Made by a program: the position numbers and the translations under genes. The notes below the pieces were generated by a model. That model made no database searches. It was not told where the DNA came from and worked only from the letters and a program-made list of their open reading frames with translations. Below are positions 10,671 through 20,341 of a stretch of DNA of 64,000 nt, piece by piece. The stretch is from Candidatus Thiovulum imperiosus (GTDB lineage: Bacteria > Campylobacterota > Campylobacteria > Campylobacterales > Thiovulaceae), in NCBI GenBank assembly GCA_024281175.1, contig JAMJTW010000008.1, forward strand, positions 15,341 to 79,340, given 5' to 3'. Numbering within the stretch: the first letter of the stretch is position 1; each line of letters opens with the position of its first letter.

Positions 10671-11810
10671 ATGAATTATAAAGCTCTATATGAAATATCT
10701 ATGTCTGTTGGAACTTCTCTCAACTTGGATAAGATTTTAAAAAGTTTCCTTTCAGCTCTTGTCAAAAATTTAGAACTCTCTGGTGCTACTATTTATGAAC
10801 ACAACAGAGGTGTTGAAAATGGGAAAATCTCTATTCCTAGAGACTTGGAAGAAGATGAAATATATCTACAAGGTTTGAAACTATTTCTTAAAGACCAAAC
10901 ACTCTCTTACACACAAGTAGAAAATAGACATTTTTACAAATTCAATATTATGAACTTTGGGTTTAATATTCTAATTTTAAAAGCTCCATTAGAAAGAGAT
11001 GTCTACATACATTTGCCTGAAATATACATAAAATTGGGAATTGCTATTCAGAGTGCAATGTTGAATATAGACCTTCAGAAAAAAGTTGAACGGGAAGTTA
11101 TGAAACATAGACACAAAGATGTAATAATGTTTCAACAAGCGAGACTAACCTCTATTGCTGAACTTATTGGAAATATATCTCATCAGTGGAGACAACCTTT
11201 AAACAATTTGAGTATTCTAATTCAAGATATAAAAGAGGCTTATGATTTTGATGATTTTGATGATGAGTATATTGAACATTTTATTCACGACTCAATGTCA
11301 AATATAAATTCTATGAGTAGAACCATAGACAACTTTAGGAATTTCTTTGATACAAATGAGAAAGAGAATATAAGTTTTTCAGTCAGAGAAGTTGTGGAAG
11401 ATGCTGTAAAACTTGTGAAAGATAGTTTCTCTTCAAATGATATACAGATAGTATTTAAGAAGTTTGAAGATTTTATAATAAAAGGGAATAAAGTAAATTT
11501 TTCTCAAGCAATTATAAATATTTTAAATAATGCTCAAGATGTGTTGTGTGATAAGTGGGTAAAAAATGCTTCTATCTGGATTGAGATAGACAGGAGTAAT
11601 AAAGAGATAACTATTGAGGATAATGGTGGCGGAGTTCCACAAGAGATAATTGATAAGATATTTGAGCCATATTTCACTACAAAACATCAATCTTCTGGAA
11701 CTGGAATTGGACTCTATATGAGCAAAATTACAGTTGAGAGAAATTTTGGAGGAATTTTGAGTGTCACAAACAGAGGAAATGACGCAATTTTCTCAATAAA
11801 ATTTAAGTAG
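10671..11810 (+). CDS. Cytoplasmic sensor histidine kinase (GAF-like N-terminus, HisKA-like H-box, HATPase_c)
   Basis: No TM segment; H-box ISHQWRQPLNNL; ATPase motifs NNAQDV, EDNGGGVP, GTGIGLYMS. Confidence 0.8.
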   Translation: MNYKALYEISMSVGTSLNLDKILKSFLSALVKNLELSGATIYEHNRGVENGKISIPRDLEEDEIYLQGLKLFLKDQTLSYTQVENRHFYKFNIMNFGFNILILKAPLERDVYIHLPEIYIKLGIAIQSAMLNIDLQKKVEREVMKHRHKDVIMFQQARLTSIAELIGNISHQWRQPLNNLSILIQDIKEAYDFDDFDDEYIEHFIHDSMSNINSMSRTIDNFRNFFDTNEKENISFSVREVVEDAVKLVKDSFSSNDIQIVFKKFEDFIIKGNKVNFSQAIINILNNAQDVLCDKWVKNASIWIEIDRSNKEITIEDNGGGVPQEIIDKIFEPYFTTKHQSSGTGIGLYMSKITVERNFGGILSVTNRGNDAIFSIKFK

Positions 11811-11819
11811 TGATGAGGT

Positions 11820-13856
11820 TTAAAGCTCAAAACCTATAATGGTAATATCGTCTGTTTGATGATTTTCTCCTCTCCATTTTCTATTTGTCTCCATAATTAT
11901 CTGTCTCTGTTCAAAAAATGGCAATTGGAAATTTTTATATATAAGCTCTTTGCACTTTCTTTTTCCAAATGGAAACTGACTTTTACCCCCTATTTGGTCT
12001 CTTAAACCATCTGTTAGCAGATATATTTTTGCATCATCTCTCAATTTAATTTTATAATCAGTAAACTTTACATTTCTACTTCGCTTTTTTGAGTGAAAGT
12101 AACCAATTGAGGATTTATCACCTTTTAGCATCTTCTCTTCATTTCTATCGACATAGTGAATATTGCTATTTGCTCCTGCAAATTTTATCCATCTCTCTTT
12201 TTTATGAATGATTAGAACAGAACCATCAAATCCCATAACAAAACTGTTTTGATAGTTGTAAGCAAGATTTTTAAAATCTTTATCAAAAGTCTCTAAAATA
12301 GATGCTGGACTCACATTTTCAATACAGCATATATTTTTTGTAATAGAAGTTTGAATAGATTTAATTGACATCGTAATTAATGCACCAGGAATTCCATGTC
12401 CAACAGCATCAACAACTATTAGAATTGCACCGTTAGTAAACTCTTCAAAAAAGTAGATATCTCCACCAACTCTATCTCGAGGTTCCCATATCACCATATA
12501 ATCTTTAAAAAACTTATTCATTTTCTGGATTGGAGGAATGACACTCTTTTGAATATATGAAGCATAATCGATGGAGTCATCAATTATCTTCTTATGTTCA
12601 TCACTCTTTTTCTGAACTACACTTAACTCTTCTATTGTGTCATTTAACTCTTTTACAGTACTATTTACAAGATGTATTAGAGACTTTATAGTATTTAGCG
12701 AACTTATGTCTCTACCAACTACAACTTGTGAAGGACTCTCTATATGTTGAATAGGCTGTTTTAAACTTTCAGATAGTGCAACATAAGTCATTGTCTGATT
12801 TAGTAGTTCGTTTCTCTTTTTAGCATGAAAAAACTCTCCATAAGTAAAAAAGCCAGAAACTGGTGCTAATCTATTGAACGGTTCAATTTCAAGATGAATG
12901 TGATTTGGCATCAATCTTCTTCTTGCCATACAGGAGTAGATAAAAAATGTCTCAACATGAAAATCTTTAAATCTTTTTGTATTTGAAATAGAACTATCTA
13001 ATATCATCTCAATATCTCCTATTCCAAATTTAACTTTTTCACCATTCTCAAGATTTCCAGCAAAAACAATAGAGTTTTCTCTTCTATCTAACATCGCTCT
13101 AGCAATAGTAATTCCGCCTCTTTGAATAATAAGAGGGAACTCAATTCCAGTTGCAGGAAGTTGGCTTACAATCTCTTCTCCAAAGTAGTCTTCATAAACT
13201 TCTATCACATTTTTGCCATTTAGTTCATAAAGTATATTTTCATTGGCTTTTGTTACAGTTAGCTCTTTTCCAAGAGGTTGCCAATTGAAATTGTAATCGT
13301 TATTTACTTGTAGTGTATCGCTATATAAACCAACTGCAACAACACCTTTTAAAGTTAGTAAATCCCCTTTTGCAAGAGTGATACCATGAAAATTTCCGTT
13401 ATTTCCAGCAATACCACCAACAACAACTATATTTGGAGTTATATAAGTGATACCATCTAAAAGCTCTTCAGCATTGATAGAGATAGTATCTGTAAAGACA
13501 ATTATGAGTCTTAAATTTTCTTTAAAAAGTTTTGTTGCTAAGAGAGAACCAAGATAAAAACTCTCTTCCTCTTCTAAAATTACAGTTCCTCTTATTTCTG
13601 TATTTTCAAAAATAGAGATTGAAATTACAATCTGTTTTGTTGTTACATTGCTGTTAGAAATTTCTCCATCTGTTGTTGCTCCAATCACTTCTGCTTGAGG
13701 AAGCTGTTTCTGAACAACATGAATTGCCTCTTTGAGACCTATTGCTCCTTGTCCCGAAAATATCTGAACAAGAATATTTTTCTCATCTCCATATTTTCGA
13801 ATATCTAAATTTTCGAGAGTTTTTGTATCCTCAACTAGAAAGTTTTCTGTTCTCAT
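11820..13856 (-). CDS. FIST-domain sensor fused to PP2C/SpoIIE-family Ser/Thr phosphatase
   Basis: The roughly 370-aa N-terminal part resembles FIST_N/FIST_C (GATTDGEI, VVVGGIAGNNG). C-terminus has PP2C motifs RVGGDIYFF, VVDAVGHGIPGAL, LTDGLRDQ, DDITIIGFEL. Confidence 0.75.
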   Translation of the reverse strand: MRTENFLVEDTKTLENLDIRKYGDEKNILVQIFSGQGAIGLKEAIHVVQKQLPQAEVIGATTDGEISNSNVTTKQIVISISIFENTEIRGTVILEEEESFYLGSLLATKLFKENLRLIIVFTDTISINAEELLDGITYITPNIVVVGGIAGNNGNFHGITLAKGDLLTLKGVVAVGLYSDTLQVNNDYNFNWQPLGKELTVTKANENILYELNGKNVIEVYEDYFGEEIVSQLPATGIEFPLIIQRGGITIARAMLDRRENSIVFAGNLENGEKVKFGIGDIEMILDSSISNTKRFKDFHVETFFIYSCMARRRLMPNHIHLEIEPFNRLAPVSGFFTYGEFFHAKKRNELLNQTMTYVALSESLKQPIQHIESPSQVVVGRDISSLNTIKSLIHLVNSTVKELNDTIEELSVVQKKSDEHKKIIDDSIDYASYIQKSVIPPIQKMNKFFKDYMVIWEPRDRVGGDIYFFEEFTNGAILIVVDAVGHGIPGALITMSIKSIQTSITKNICCIENVSPASILETFDKDFKNLAYNYQNSFVMGFDGSVLIIHKKERWIKFAGANSNIHYVDRNEEKMLKGDKSSIGYFHSKKRSRNVKFTDYKIKLRDDAKIYLLTDGLRDQIGGKSQFPFGKRKCKELIYKNFQLPFFEQRQIIMETNRKWRGENHQTDDITIIGFEL

Positions 13857-14929
13857 TTTAAAAAGTTAGTAGAGTACTCTTTCTCTTTTAAAATATTTTG
13901 TACACTCTCTTTCACTTTTGAGTAGTGAAACTGCTCTTTGAAATTTCTAATTTTTCCACCACTCGCATTTCTGTGTCCACCACCTCCAGAAATCTCTTTT
14001 GCCATTAGTGCAACATCAATTTCACCATCTGCTCTTAAACTAATATTTCCTTTTCCAGAGATATCAAAGAAAAAGTGAAAGTCTCTATTTTTGACAAGAA
14101 ATCCATTTCCAAGAATTGATGTATTTCCAAGCATATAGGTCAAAAGTCCTTTATGTCCTTTATAATAAATAGTGAGTTCCTCTTTCCGTTTTGTAAGCAG
14201 AGAGACTATATATTCTGTTAAAAGATTATCTATGGTATCATCTCTATCTCTCTTAAAAAAGCTCTTTTTTATCTGATGGATATTATCATCTAAATATATA
14301 TTCTTATTCTCAATTTCACTACTATATATTTTCATCGCCTCTTTTAAAATTTGCAATTTATATGAGTTGTCTTCAGGTTGAAACATGAACTTATTTAGTT
14401 CTCTTGCAGAACTTATCATTCTCATCATAACTTTTCCAAATTCGAAATTCTCCTCTTCCTCTTTTATCCAGATATCAAGAGCATTTACAGAGTAAACAAA
14501 TTTTTCTAACTCCTTATCTATATCACTACTAAATCCAAAATTCTTTTTAATAAATTCATAAGTTATTAAAGTTGCTGATTTTCCATCATTTAAATAGTAC
14601 CAATTGAAAGATTGTGCAACATCTTCTCCCGTAATATGGTGGTCAAGAAGTTGAATATGAATATTGTGAGAAGACTCTTCTATTTTACTTTCTAAATAGA
14701 TAGCCTCTTTCTCTGCAAGATTTAAATCTGTAATGAGAATAAATATCTTCTTATCTGTTGGAACTTTCTTTAAATCTTCAAATATCTCATTTACCCTTGC
14801 AGTTATCTCTTTTCCATAATTTGAATTTAAATAAACTATCTCTTTAAAAATATAACTTGTTAGTAGCTGACAACTATATCCATCTAAATCTATATGAGAA
14901 AGATGATATACTCTTCTATCTTGGAACAT
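13853..14929 (-). CDS. DHH/DHHA1-family phosphoesterase (NrnA-like)
   Basis: Motifs HIDLDGYS, LLDHHITG (DHH), GGGHRNASGG (DHHA1); stop overlaps start of FIST-PP2C gene by 4 nt. Confidence 0.75.
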   Translation of the reverse strand: MFQDRRVYHLSHIDLDGYSCQLLTSYIFKEIVYLNSNYGKEITARVNEIFEDLKKVPTDKKIFILITDLNLAEKEAIYLESKIEESSHNIHIQLLDHHITGEDVAQSFNWYYLNDGKSATLITYEFIKKNFGFSSDIDKELEKFVYSVNALDIWIKEEEENFEFGKVMMRMISSARELNKFMFQPEDNSYKLQILKEAMKIYSSEIENKNIYLDDNIHQIKKSFFKRDRDDTIDNLLTEYIVSLLTKRKEELTIYYKGHKGLLTYMLGNTSILGNGFLVKNRDFHFFFDISGKGNISLRADGEIDVALMAKEISGGGGHRNASGGKIRNFKEQFHYSKVKESVQNILKEKEYSTNFLK

Positions 14930-14985
14930 ATAGTTCCTCCAATCTTCAGTAAATAATCCTTTATTTTAACATAAGGAGAATTTTC

Positions 14986-15014
14986 TTGACTTTCAAATTT
15001 TTTTTCCATATAAT
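14986..15014 (+). promoter_or_regulatory. Sigma70-type promoter of the tRNA operon
   Basis: TTGACT (14986-14991), 17-nt spacer, TATAAT (15009-15014), about 20 nt upstream of tRNA-Pro. Confidence 0.65.
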
Positions 15015-15033
15015 TCCACTCACAAATCGAAAA

Positions 15034-15111
15034 CGGGGTGTAGCTCAGTATGGTTAGAGTACTTGGTTTGGGACCAAGGGGCCGAAGGTTCGAGTCCTTT
15101 CACCCCGACCA
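15034..15111 (+). tRNA. tRNA-Pro (anticodon TGG)
   Basis: Cloverleaf folded by hand: acceptor CGGGGTG/CACCCCG, anticodon stem CTTGG/CCAAG, loop TTTGGGA, TTCGAGT T-loop, encoded CCA. Confidence 0.9.
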
Positions 15112-15131
15112 TTTTTAGATTTGATTTTGTC

Positions 15132-15209
15132 GGTGAGTGTAGCTCAGTTGGTTAGAGCATCGGGTTGTGGTTCCGAGGGTCGCGGGTTCGAATCCCGTCA
15201 TTCACCCCA
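15132..15209 (+). tRNA. tRNA-His (anticodon GTG)
   Basis: Extra G at -1 opposite discriminator C, anticodon loop TTGTGGT, TTCGAAT T-loop, encoded CCA. Confidence 0.9.
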
Positions 15210-15222
15210 TAAAAAATGTTGA

Positions 15223-15299
15223 GCGTCTGTAGTTCAACTGGATAGAACGACGGACTTCGGATCCGTAGGTTAGGGGTTCGATTCCTCTCAGGCGTGCCA
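15223..15299 (+). tRNA. tRNA-Arg (anticodon TCG)
   Basis: Acceptor GCGTCTG/CAGGCGT, anticodon stem ACGGA/TCCGT, loop CTTCGGA, TTCGATT T-loop, CCA. Confidence 0.85.
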
Positions 15300-15311
15300 T
15301 TATTTATTATT

Positions 15312-15388
<77 letters not shown>

Positions 15389-15397
15389 CTTTAATTT

Positions 15398-15482
15398 GCG
15401 GACGTGGTGAAATTGGTAGACACGCCAGACTTAGGATCTGGTGCCTCACGGTGTGAAGGTTCAAGTCCTTTCGTCCGCACCA
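15398..15482 (+). tRNA. tRNA-Leu (anticodon TAG)
   Basis: Acceptor GCGGACG/CGTCCGC, anticodon stem CCAGA/TCTGG, loop CTTAGGA, long variable arm, CCA. Confidence 0.9.
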
Positions 15483-15509
15483 CTCTCCCAATATTTTCAG
15501 AGAACAGTT

Positions 15510-17333
15510 TTGGAAAAAGATGATTACGGTCTCCAGTTTTGGAGTAAAGATAACTTTCTTATCGAAGATGGATTAGTAAAAGTAAATTTTGGTTCAAAAC
15601 CATCTCTACTAGAGATAGTTGAAGAGGCAAAACAAAACAGATTAGATGCTCCCCTTCTTATTAGATTTCCCCACCTCATCGAAAAACAGATGGATAAACT
15701 CTATACTACTTTTCATGAAATTATGAAAGCTGAAGAGTATGATGGAAAATTTCAAGCAGTTTTTCCATTAAAAGTGAACCAATACAGCGGTTTTCTCGAG
15801 GAATTTCAGAAAATTTCACCAAAACATAATTACGGTTTTGAGGCGGGAAGTAAAGCTGAACTGCTTTTAGCAATTGCAATAAATGAGAATAAATCTCCAA
15901 TTACAGTAAATGGATTTAAAGACCCTGAACTTGTTGAAATAGCATTCTTAGCTTCTGAAATTGGACATGAAATTACACTTATAATTGAATCTCTGCCTGA
16001 ACTTGAATATATTTTTGAAGTCGCAAAAAGTTTTAGAATTGTTCCAAATATTGGAATACGAATTCGACTCTACTCTTACGGTTCTGGAACTTGGGCAAAA
16101 AGTGGTGGAATGGACTCAAAATTTGGACTTACAGCAACTGAACTAATTCGAGCTTTTTCAAAACTTCAAGAGAAGAAGTTTCTGCACTTTTTTACAATGA
16201 TTCATTTTCATATTGGTTCACAAATAAATTCCATCTATACAGTTAAGAAAGCGATTAGAGAAGTTGGAAATATCTATGCTGAACTTCGAAAACTTGGAGC
16301 TACAAAACTTGAGTCTATCGATTTGGGTGGCGGATTAGCAGTTGATTATGGTCAGCACAAACAGAGTAGAGATAAGAACTATACAACAGAAGAATTTGTT
16401 TCAAATATTGTGAAACTTTTAAAAGAGATAGCCCTTCAGAAAAGTGTAAAAGTTCCAAATATCTATACTGAATTTGGAAGATTTGTTTCAGCAAATCATG
16501 CTGTTCTAATTGCTGAAGCGATAGAACTTTTCTCACAAGACTACACTGAAGAGAATCTGATTTCAAAATCTAAGAATCCAAAAATTGCAAAACTTCTAAA
16601 AAAGATTTATAAAAAGATAGATATTTGCAACTCTCATGACTCTATCTTGGAACTTCTTCATGAAACTGTTGAACATTTGGATTCAATAGAAACTCTGTTT
16701 GAACTTGGGTATTTGAATTTGCAAGATAGGGCAAATATCGAGATTCTTGGACAGATGATAATCAAGAAGATTTTGAAGAAAATAGATAGAAGTGAAATTA
16801 TAGAGTATGAAGATACAGCTATTTTACACAAAATAGAAGAGCGATATCTTCTAAATATCTCTATTTTTCAGTCGATGCCAGATTTTTGGGGTTTAGAGCA
16901 GAACTTTCCAATTGTTCCAATTCACCACTTGGAAAAGAAAGCGGTTAGACCAGCTTCAATTTGGGATATAACTTGCGACTCTGACGGAGAGATAGAATTT
17001 GATGAGAATGCACCACTTTTTCTACATGATATAGATTTGGAAGAGGAGGAGTACTATTTGGCATTTTTCTTGGTTGGAGCTTACCAAGATATTTTAGGAA
17101 TGAAACATAATCTCTTTGACCGTCCTGATGAGGTGATTGTAAATATAGATGAGAATGGATTTAAAATTTCAGAAATTAAAAAGAGTCGAAATATTTTTGA
17201 AATTTTAGATTCAGTTGGATTTTCAAAGTCTCGAGTCTCTTCTCTTTTACGAAAACAGATAGAAAAGAGACGAGGTGTCTGGAAAAAATTTGAAAAATAT
17301 CTTACTGGTGGAAACTACTTAAGATTTGAATAA
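15510..17333 (+). CDS. speA: Biosynthetic arginine decarboxylase
   Basis: PLP-lysine motif FPLKVNQ, LLIRFPHLI, IDLGGGLAVDY. The ORF-track start (15441) lies inside tRNA-Leu. The only canonical in-frame start between the tRNA and the conserved region is TTG at 15510. Confidence 0.85.
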   Translation: MEKDDYGLQFWSKDNFLIEDGLVKVNFGSKPSLLEIVEEAKQNRLDAPLLIRFPHLIEKQMDKLYTTFHEIMKAEEYDGKFQAVFPLKVNQYSGFLEEFQKISPKHNYGFEAGSKAELLLAIAINENKSPITVNGFKDPELVEIAFLASEIGHEITLIIESLPELEYIFEVAKSFRIVPNIGIRIRLYSYGSGTWAKSGGMDSKFGLTATELIRAFSKLQEKKFLHFFTMIHFHIGSQINSIYTVKKAIREVGNIYAELRKLGATKLESIDLGGGLAVDYGQHKQSRDKNYTTEEFVSNIVKLLKEIALQKSVKVPNIYTEFGRFVSANHAVLIAEAIELFSQDYTEENLISKSKNPKIAKLLKKIYKKIDICNSHDSILELLHETVEHLDSIETLFELGYLNLQDRANIEILGQMIIKKILKKIDRSEIIEYEDTAILHKIEERYLLNISIFQSMPDFWGLEQNFPIVPIHHLEKKAVRPASIWDITCDSDGEIEFDENAPLFLHDIDLEEEEYYLAFFLVGAYQDILGMKHNLFDRPDEVIVNIDENGFKISEIKKSRNIFEILDSVGFSKSRVSSLLRKQIEKRRGVWKKFEKYLTGGNYLRFE

Positions 17334-17348
17334 AAACTTAAAACTACC

Positions 17349-17375
17349 GTCATTTCGAGTAAGAATCTAAAGATT
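17349..17375 (+). repeat. Partial copy of intergenic repeat family (GTCATTTCGAG...AGAATCT...AGATTT)
   Basis: Shares the GTCATTTCGA core with 50611-50647 and, inverted, with 21962-21997; sits 15 nt after the speA stop and is followed by a T8 run. Confidence 0.45.
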
Positions 17376-17416
17376 TTTTTTGTAAAAATTATGAATAATT
17401 TATAGAAGAGGTTTAG

Positions 17417-18046
17417 ATGTTTAAAAAGATAAATGTTTTGACGGACAAGATATCAGTTTCCAACGGGGATTTTTCCAAAGCGATAAACTCAAAGAAAAAG
17501 TTTGGAATTGATGTTGAGGGGAAGATTTTCTACGAAAAGTCTCCAGAAGTTCCAACTATTTTCTGGGGTAGACCAAATCTTTTAATGAAGAATAAGATAC
17601 TTGGTTCAGACTACAAAGTTTCTATGACTTTTGCAAAAATGGAAATTTCTCTTGAAAATAGTTGGAGTAGAATTTTGGAATTAAATCAGACAAATGCTCT
17701 TTACGATGATGACCACACAGAGGGAATTGACCATTTTAAAGATGAAGAACTTGAGAAGTTAGCTTGGTATGGAGTTGAGTTTGAAGTGAATACAAGAGAT
17801 ATTGTTACAGAGTTGGAGAGAGTTGAAGATGGTTATATCTTGGCACTTGAGAGAGAGATACCAGATTACACATTTCACGGTTTAGGTTTTCTAAAAAAGG
17901 GACAGATAAGCAGTGCTAGAGAGAAACTATTCTCTTTTGTAAAAGCTGAAATCGAAAAGAAGATAGATAGTGAGAAAGCAGAGTATGAACGATTTGGATT
18001 TAGTGACGAAGAGAGTGAAGCACTACAATATTTTGGAATAAAATAG
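17417..18046 (+). CDS. Hypothetical acidic protein (209 aa)
   Basis: Clean ORF with no recognisable motif; ends 1 nt before the GTG start of alr. Confidence 0.55.
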   Translation: MFKKINVLTDKISVSNGDFSKAINSKKKFGIDVEGKIFYEKSPEVPTIFWGRPNLLMKNKILGSDYKVSMTFAKMEISLENSWSRILELNQTNALYDDDHTEGIDHFKDEELEKLAWYGVEFEVNTRDIVTELERVEDGYILALEREIPDYTFHGLGFLKKGQISSAREKLFSFVKAEIEKKIDSEKAEYERFGFSDEESEALQYFGIK

Positions 18047-18047
18047 A

Positions 18048-19073
18048 GTGGCATACATAACAATCTCAAAAGAGAACTACTTTTACAATCTTGAACAGAT
18101 TTCTAAAAGAGTTGCATCAGTAGAACAGATAGCTGTTGTTTTAAAAGATAACGCTTATGGACACGGTATAGATATCATTGCACCTCTTGCAAAAGAGTTT
18201 GGAATTAGTAGAGCTGTTGTTAGAAGTGTAGAAGAGGCAAAGAGAATTGAGAAGCTCTTTCCCTATATTCTAATTTTAGCACCAGAAAGAGTTGAGAAGA
18301 GAGAGAATTTCTTTTACACAATAAATCAAATCAATGATATATACAAATATCAGAAAGGTGTTAATATAGAGTTGAAAGTTGATAGCGGAATGCATCGACT
18401 TGGGGTTTCACCCCTTGAACTCTACTTTGCACTAAACCTCATCAAAAGTAAGGGTTTGAGATTAAGAGGTTTTTTTACACATTTAAGAGAAGCTGATGAA
18501 CTCTCTTCTACAACTTACACCCAATTGGAACTTTTCAATAAACTCAAAAAAGATATAGTTGAAAGCTGTTTTAATGAGATACATACTCACTCTCGAAATT
18601 CAGCTGGAGTCTTTCGAAGTGGTAGTGTAATTAAAGATGAAATTGTTAGAGTTGGAATTGCATCTTACGGTTATGTTAGAGGTGATAAAGCTCTTAAATT
18701 TCCAAAACTGAAACCTGTACTATCTCTATTTGGAGAGAAAGTTGGAACTTTAGCTCGTGCTGGAAAGAGTTTCAGAGTTGGATATGGTGGAATTTCAAAA
18801 ATTGGCAATGAGAGAAATATTTCAATATATGATATTGGATATGGAGATGGTTTTAAAAGAGTTCCTGATGAGGTTATTGAAAGTGGACTTTTCCAAACAC
18901 CAGATGGATTTAAACTATTTGGAAAAGTCTCTATGGACTCTATCGCTATAAATTCAGCAAAAAGAGAGTTGAAAATATTTAATGATGTTTCTAATTTGGC
19001 AAAACTTCTGAAAACTATTGAGTATGAAGTTGTAGTCTCTCTTTCAAGTAGAATTCGAAGAGAAGTTATTTAA
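18048..19073 (+). CDS. alr: Alanine racemase
   Basis: PLP-lysine motif VVLKDNAYGHG, VDSGMHRLG; about 340 aa; GTG start. Confidence 0.85.
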   Translation: MAYITISKENYFYNLEQISKRVASVEQIAVVLKDNAYGHGIDIIAPLAKEFGISRAVVRSVEEAKRIEKLFPYILILAPERVEKRENFFYTINQINDIYKYQKGVNIELKVDSGMHRLGVSPLELYFALNLIKSKGLRLRGFFTHLREADELSSTTYTQLELFNKLKKDIVESCFNEIHTHSRNSAGVFRSGSVIKDEIVRVGIASYGYVRGDKALKFPKLKPVLSLFGEKVGTLARAGKSFRVGYGGISKIGNERNISIYDIGYGDGFKRVPDEVIESGLFQTPDGFKLFGKVSMDSIAINSAKRELKIFNDVSNLAKLLKTIEYEVVVSLSSRIRREVI

Positions 19074-19666
19074 ATATCTTTCACTTGTACTGTTGGACTC
19101 AACTCAGAAATTACAACTCTCTCTCCATGACAATTTGGACACTTTCGGTCATCAACTCTTGACTCTAACTCTATCTTCTCTTCACAAATGACACACTCAC
19201 TTTTACCCATTGGAATAAAAGTGTAATTTCTATGAGGAATTTGATGAAATTCCTCTGTTTCAGGTTTTACATATTTTGGTATAACTTTAAGAGGAGTTAT
19301 AATAGTAGCTAATATTGTAAAAAAGATTGGCAGAGTTAAAATTCCAATTACATTTGTAAGTACGGTAACTATTAGACCTAAGAAAACAGCAACTATTGAG
19401 ACAACAGCCCACTTGTTGGCCTCTTTCTGCTTATTTGTCTCATCAGCTTCAGCTTTTCTTTTACTATTCTCTTTTCGGGCTTCTCTCTCTTTGATTAGAT
19501 TTCTCTCTTTAATTTCGTTGAAAATCCTATCATTCTTCTTATCTATTAACTCATTTTCCTTTTCACAATCTTTCTGCCCAAGTTCATCATACTTTTCAAA
19601 AATAGTTTGAAATGAGTACTCCTGACCTGTTTCAAGCAAAGTTTCTGTTATAGATTTAACTTCCAA
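19070..19666 (-). CDS. Membrane protein with K/E-rich N-terminus, two TM helices and C-terminal zinc ribbon
   Basis: TM segments WAVVSIVAVFLGLIVTVL and LTLPIFFTILATIITPL; CVIC...CPNC pair. Its stop overlaps the alr stop in the palindrome TTAA. Confidence 0.6.
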   Translation of the reverse strand: MEVKSITETLLETGQEYSFQTIFEKYDELGQKDCEKENELIDKKNDRIFNEIKERNLIKEREARKENSKRKAEADETNKQKEANKWAVVSIVAVFLGLIVTVLTNVIGILTLPIFFTILATIITPLKVIPKYVKPETEEFHQIPHRNYTFIPMGKSECVICEEKIELESRVDDRKCPNCHGERVVISELSPTVQVKDI

Positions 19667-19690
19667 ACCTAATCCTATTTTTTAAGTATT

Positions 19691-20341
19691 TTATCGTTTA
19701 AATATCTCTAAAAAATTACCGTCTGATAGACGAAAGACTCTATCACACCTATTTGCCAACTCTTCGTCATGTGTAACAATTACCATTCCAGCACTATTTT
19801 TCTCCACATACTCAAAAAGAGTTTCCATAACACTTTTAGCTGTATTTTTATCTAAATTCCCTGTAAGTTCGTCAGCAAATATTATTTTTGGTTTTTTTGT
19901 TAAAACTCTTGCGATAGAGACTCTCTGCTGTTCACCACCCGAAAGAGTCGTAATTTTGTGGTTTAAAAGGTTTGAAATTCCAAACTTATCTAAAAGTTCC
20001 ATATCTATCTTTTCACCAGACAAAATAGAGGCAACTTCTAAATTTTCAAGTGTTGTAAATCCTTTAAAGAGATAGTGAAACTGGAAAATAACTCCTATAT
20101 CTTTTCGAAGCAGACTCTCCCGCTCTTTCTGTTTTCTACCCCAAAACTCTTTTCCAAAATGAGAAACTGTACCACTGTTTGGTTCTGTTGTTCCAGAGAG
20201 TATGTGTAAAAGAGTAGATTTTCCGCTACCGCTAACACCGATGATGGCAAGAGTTTGAGATGGTTTTAGTTCTAAATTTAGATTTGAAAAGAGGGGAGGA
20301 GTCCCACTAAAAGAGTGGGAGAGATTTTTGGCAACTAACAT
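19691..20341 (-). CDS. ABC transporter ATP-binding protein (LolD/FtsE/MacB-like), no permease gene adjacent
   Basis: Walker A GVSGSGKST, signature LSGGEQQR, Walker B IIFADELTGNLD, H-loop VTHD. Confidence 0.85.
   Translation of the reverse strand: MLVAKNLSHSFSGTPPLFSNLNLELKPSQTLAIIGVSGSGKSTLLHILSGTTEPNSGTVSHFGKEFWGRKQKERESLLRKDIGVIFQFHYLFKGFTTLENLEVASILSGEKIDMELLDKFGISNLLNHKITTLSGGEQQRVSIARVLTKKPKIIFADELTGNLDKNTAKSVMETLFEYVEKNSAGMVIVTHDEELANRCDRVFRLSDGNFLEIFKR

Noticed and set aside
15441-15509. ORF-track start of speA inside tRNA-Leu
   Set aside because: Positions 15441-15482 are the 3' half of a well-folding tRNA-Leu. The conserved decarboxylase sequence begins after the TTG at 15510.
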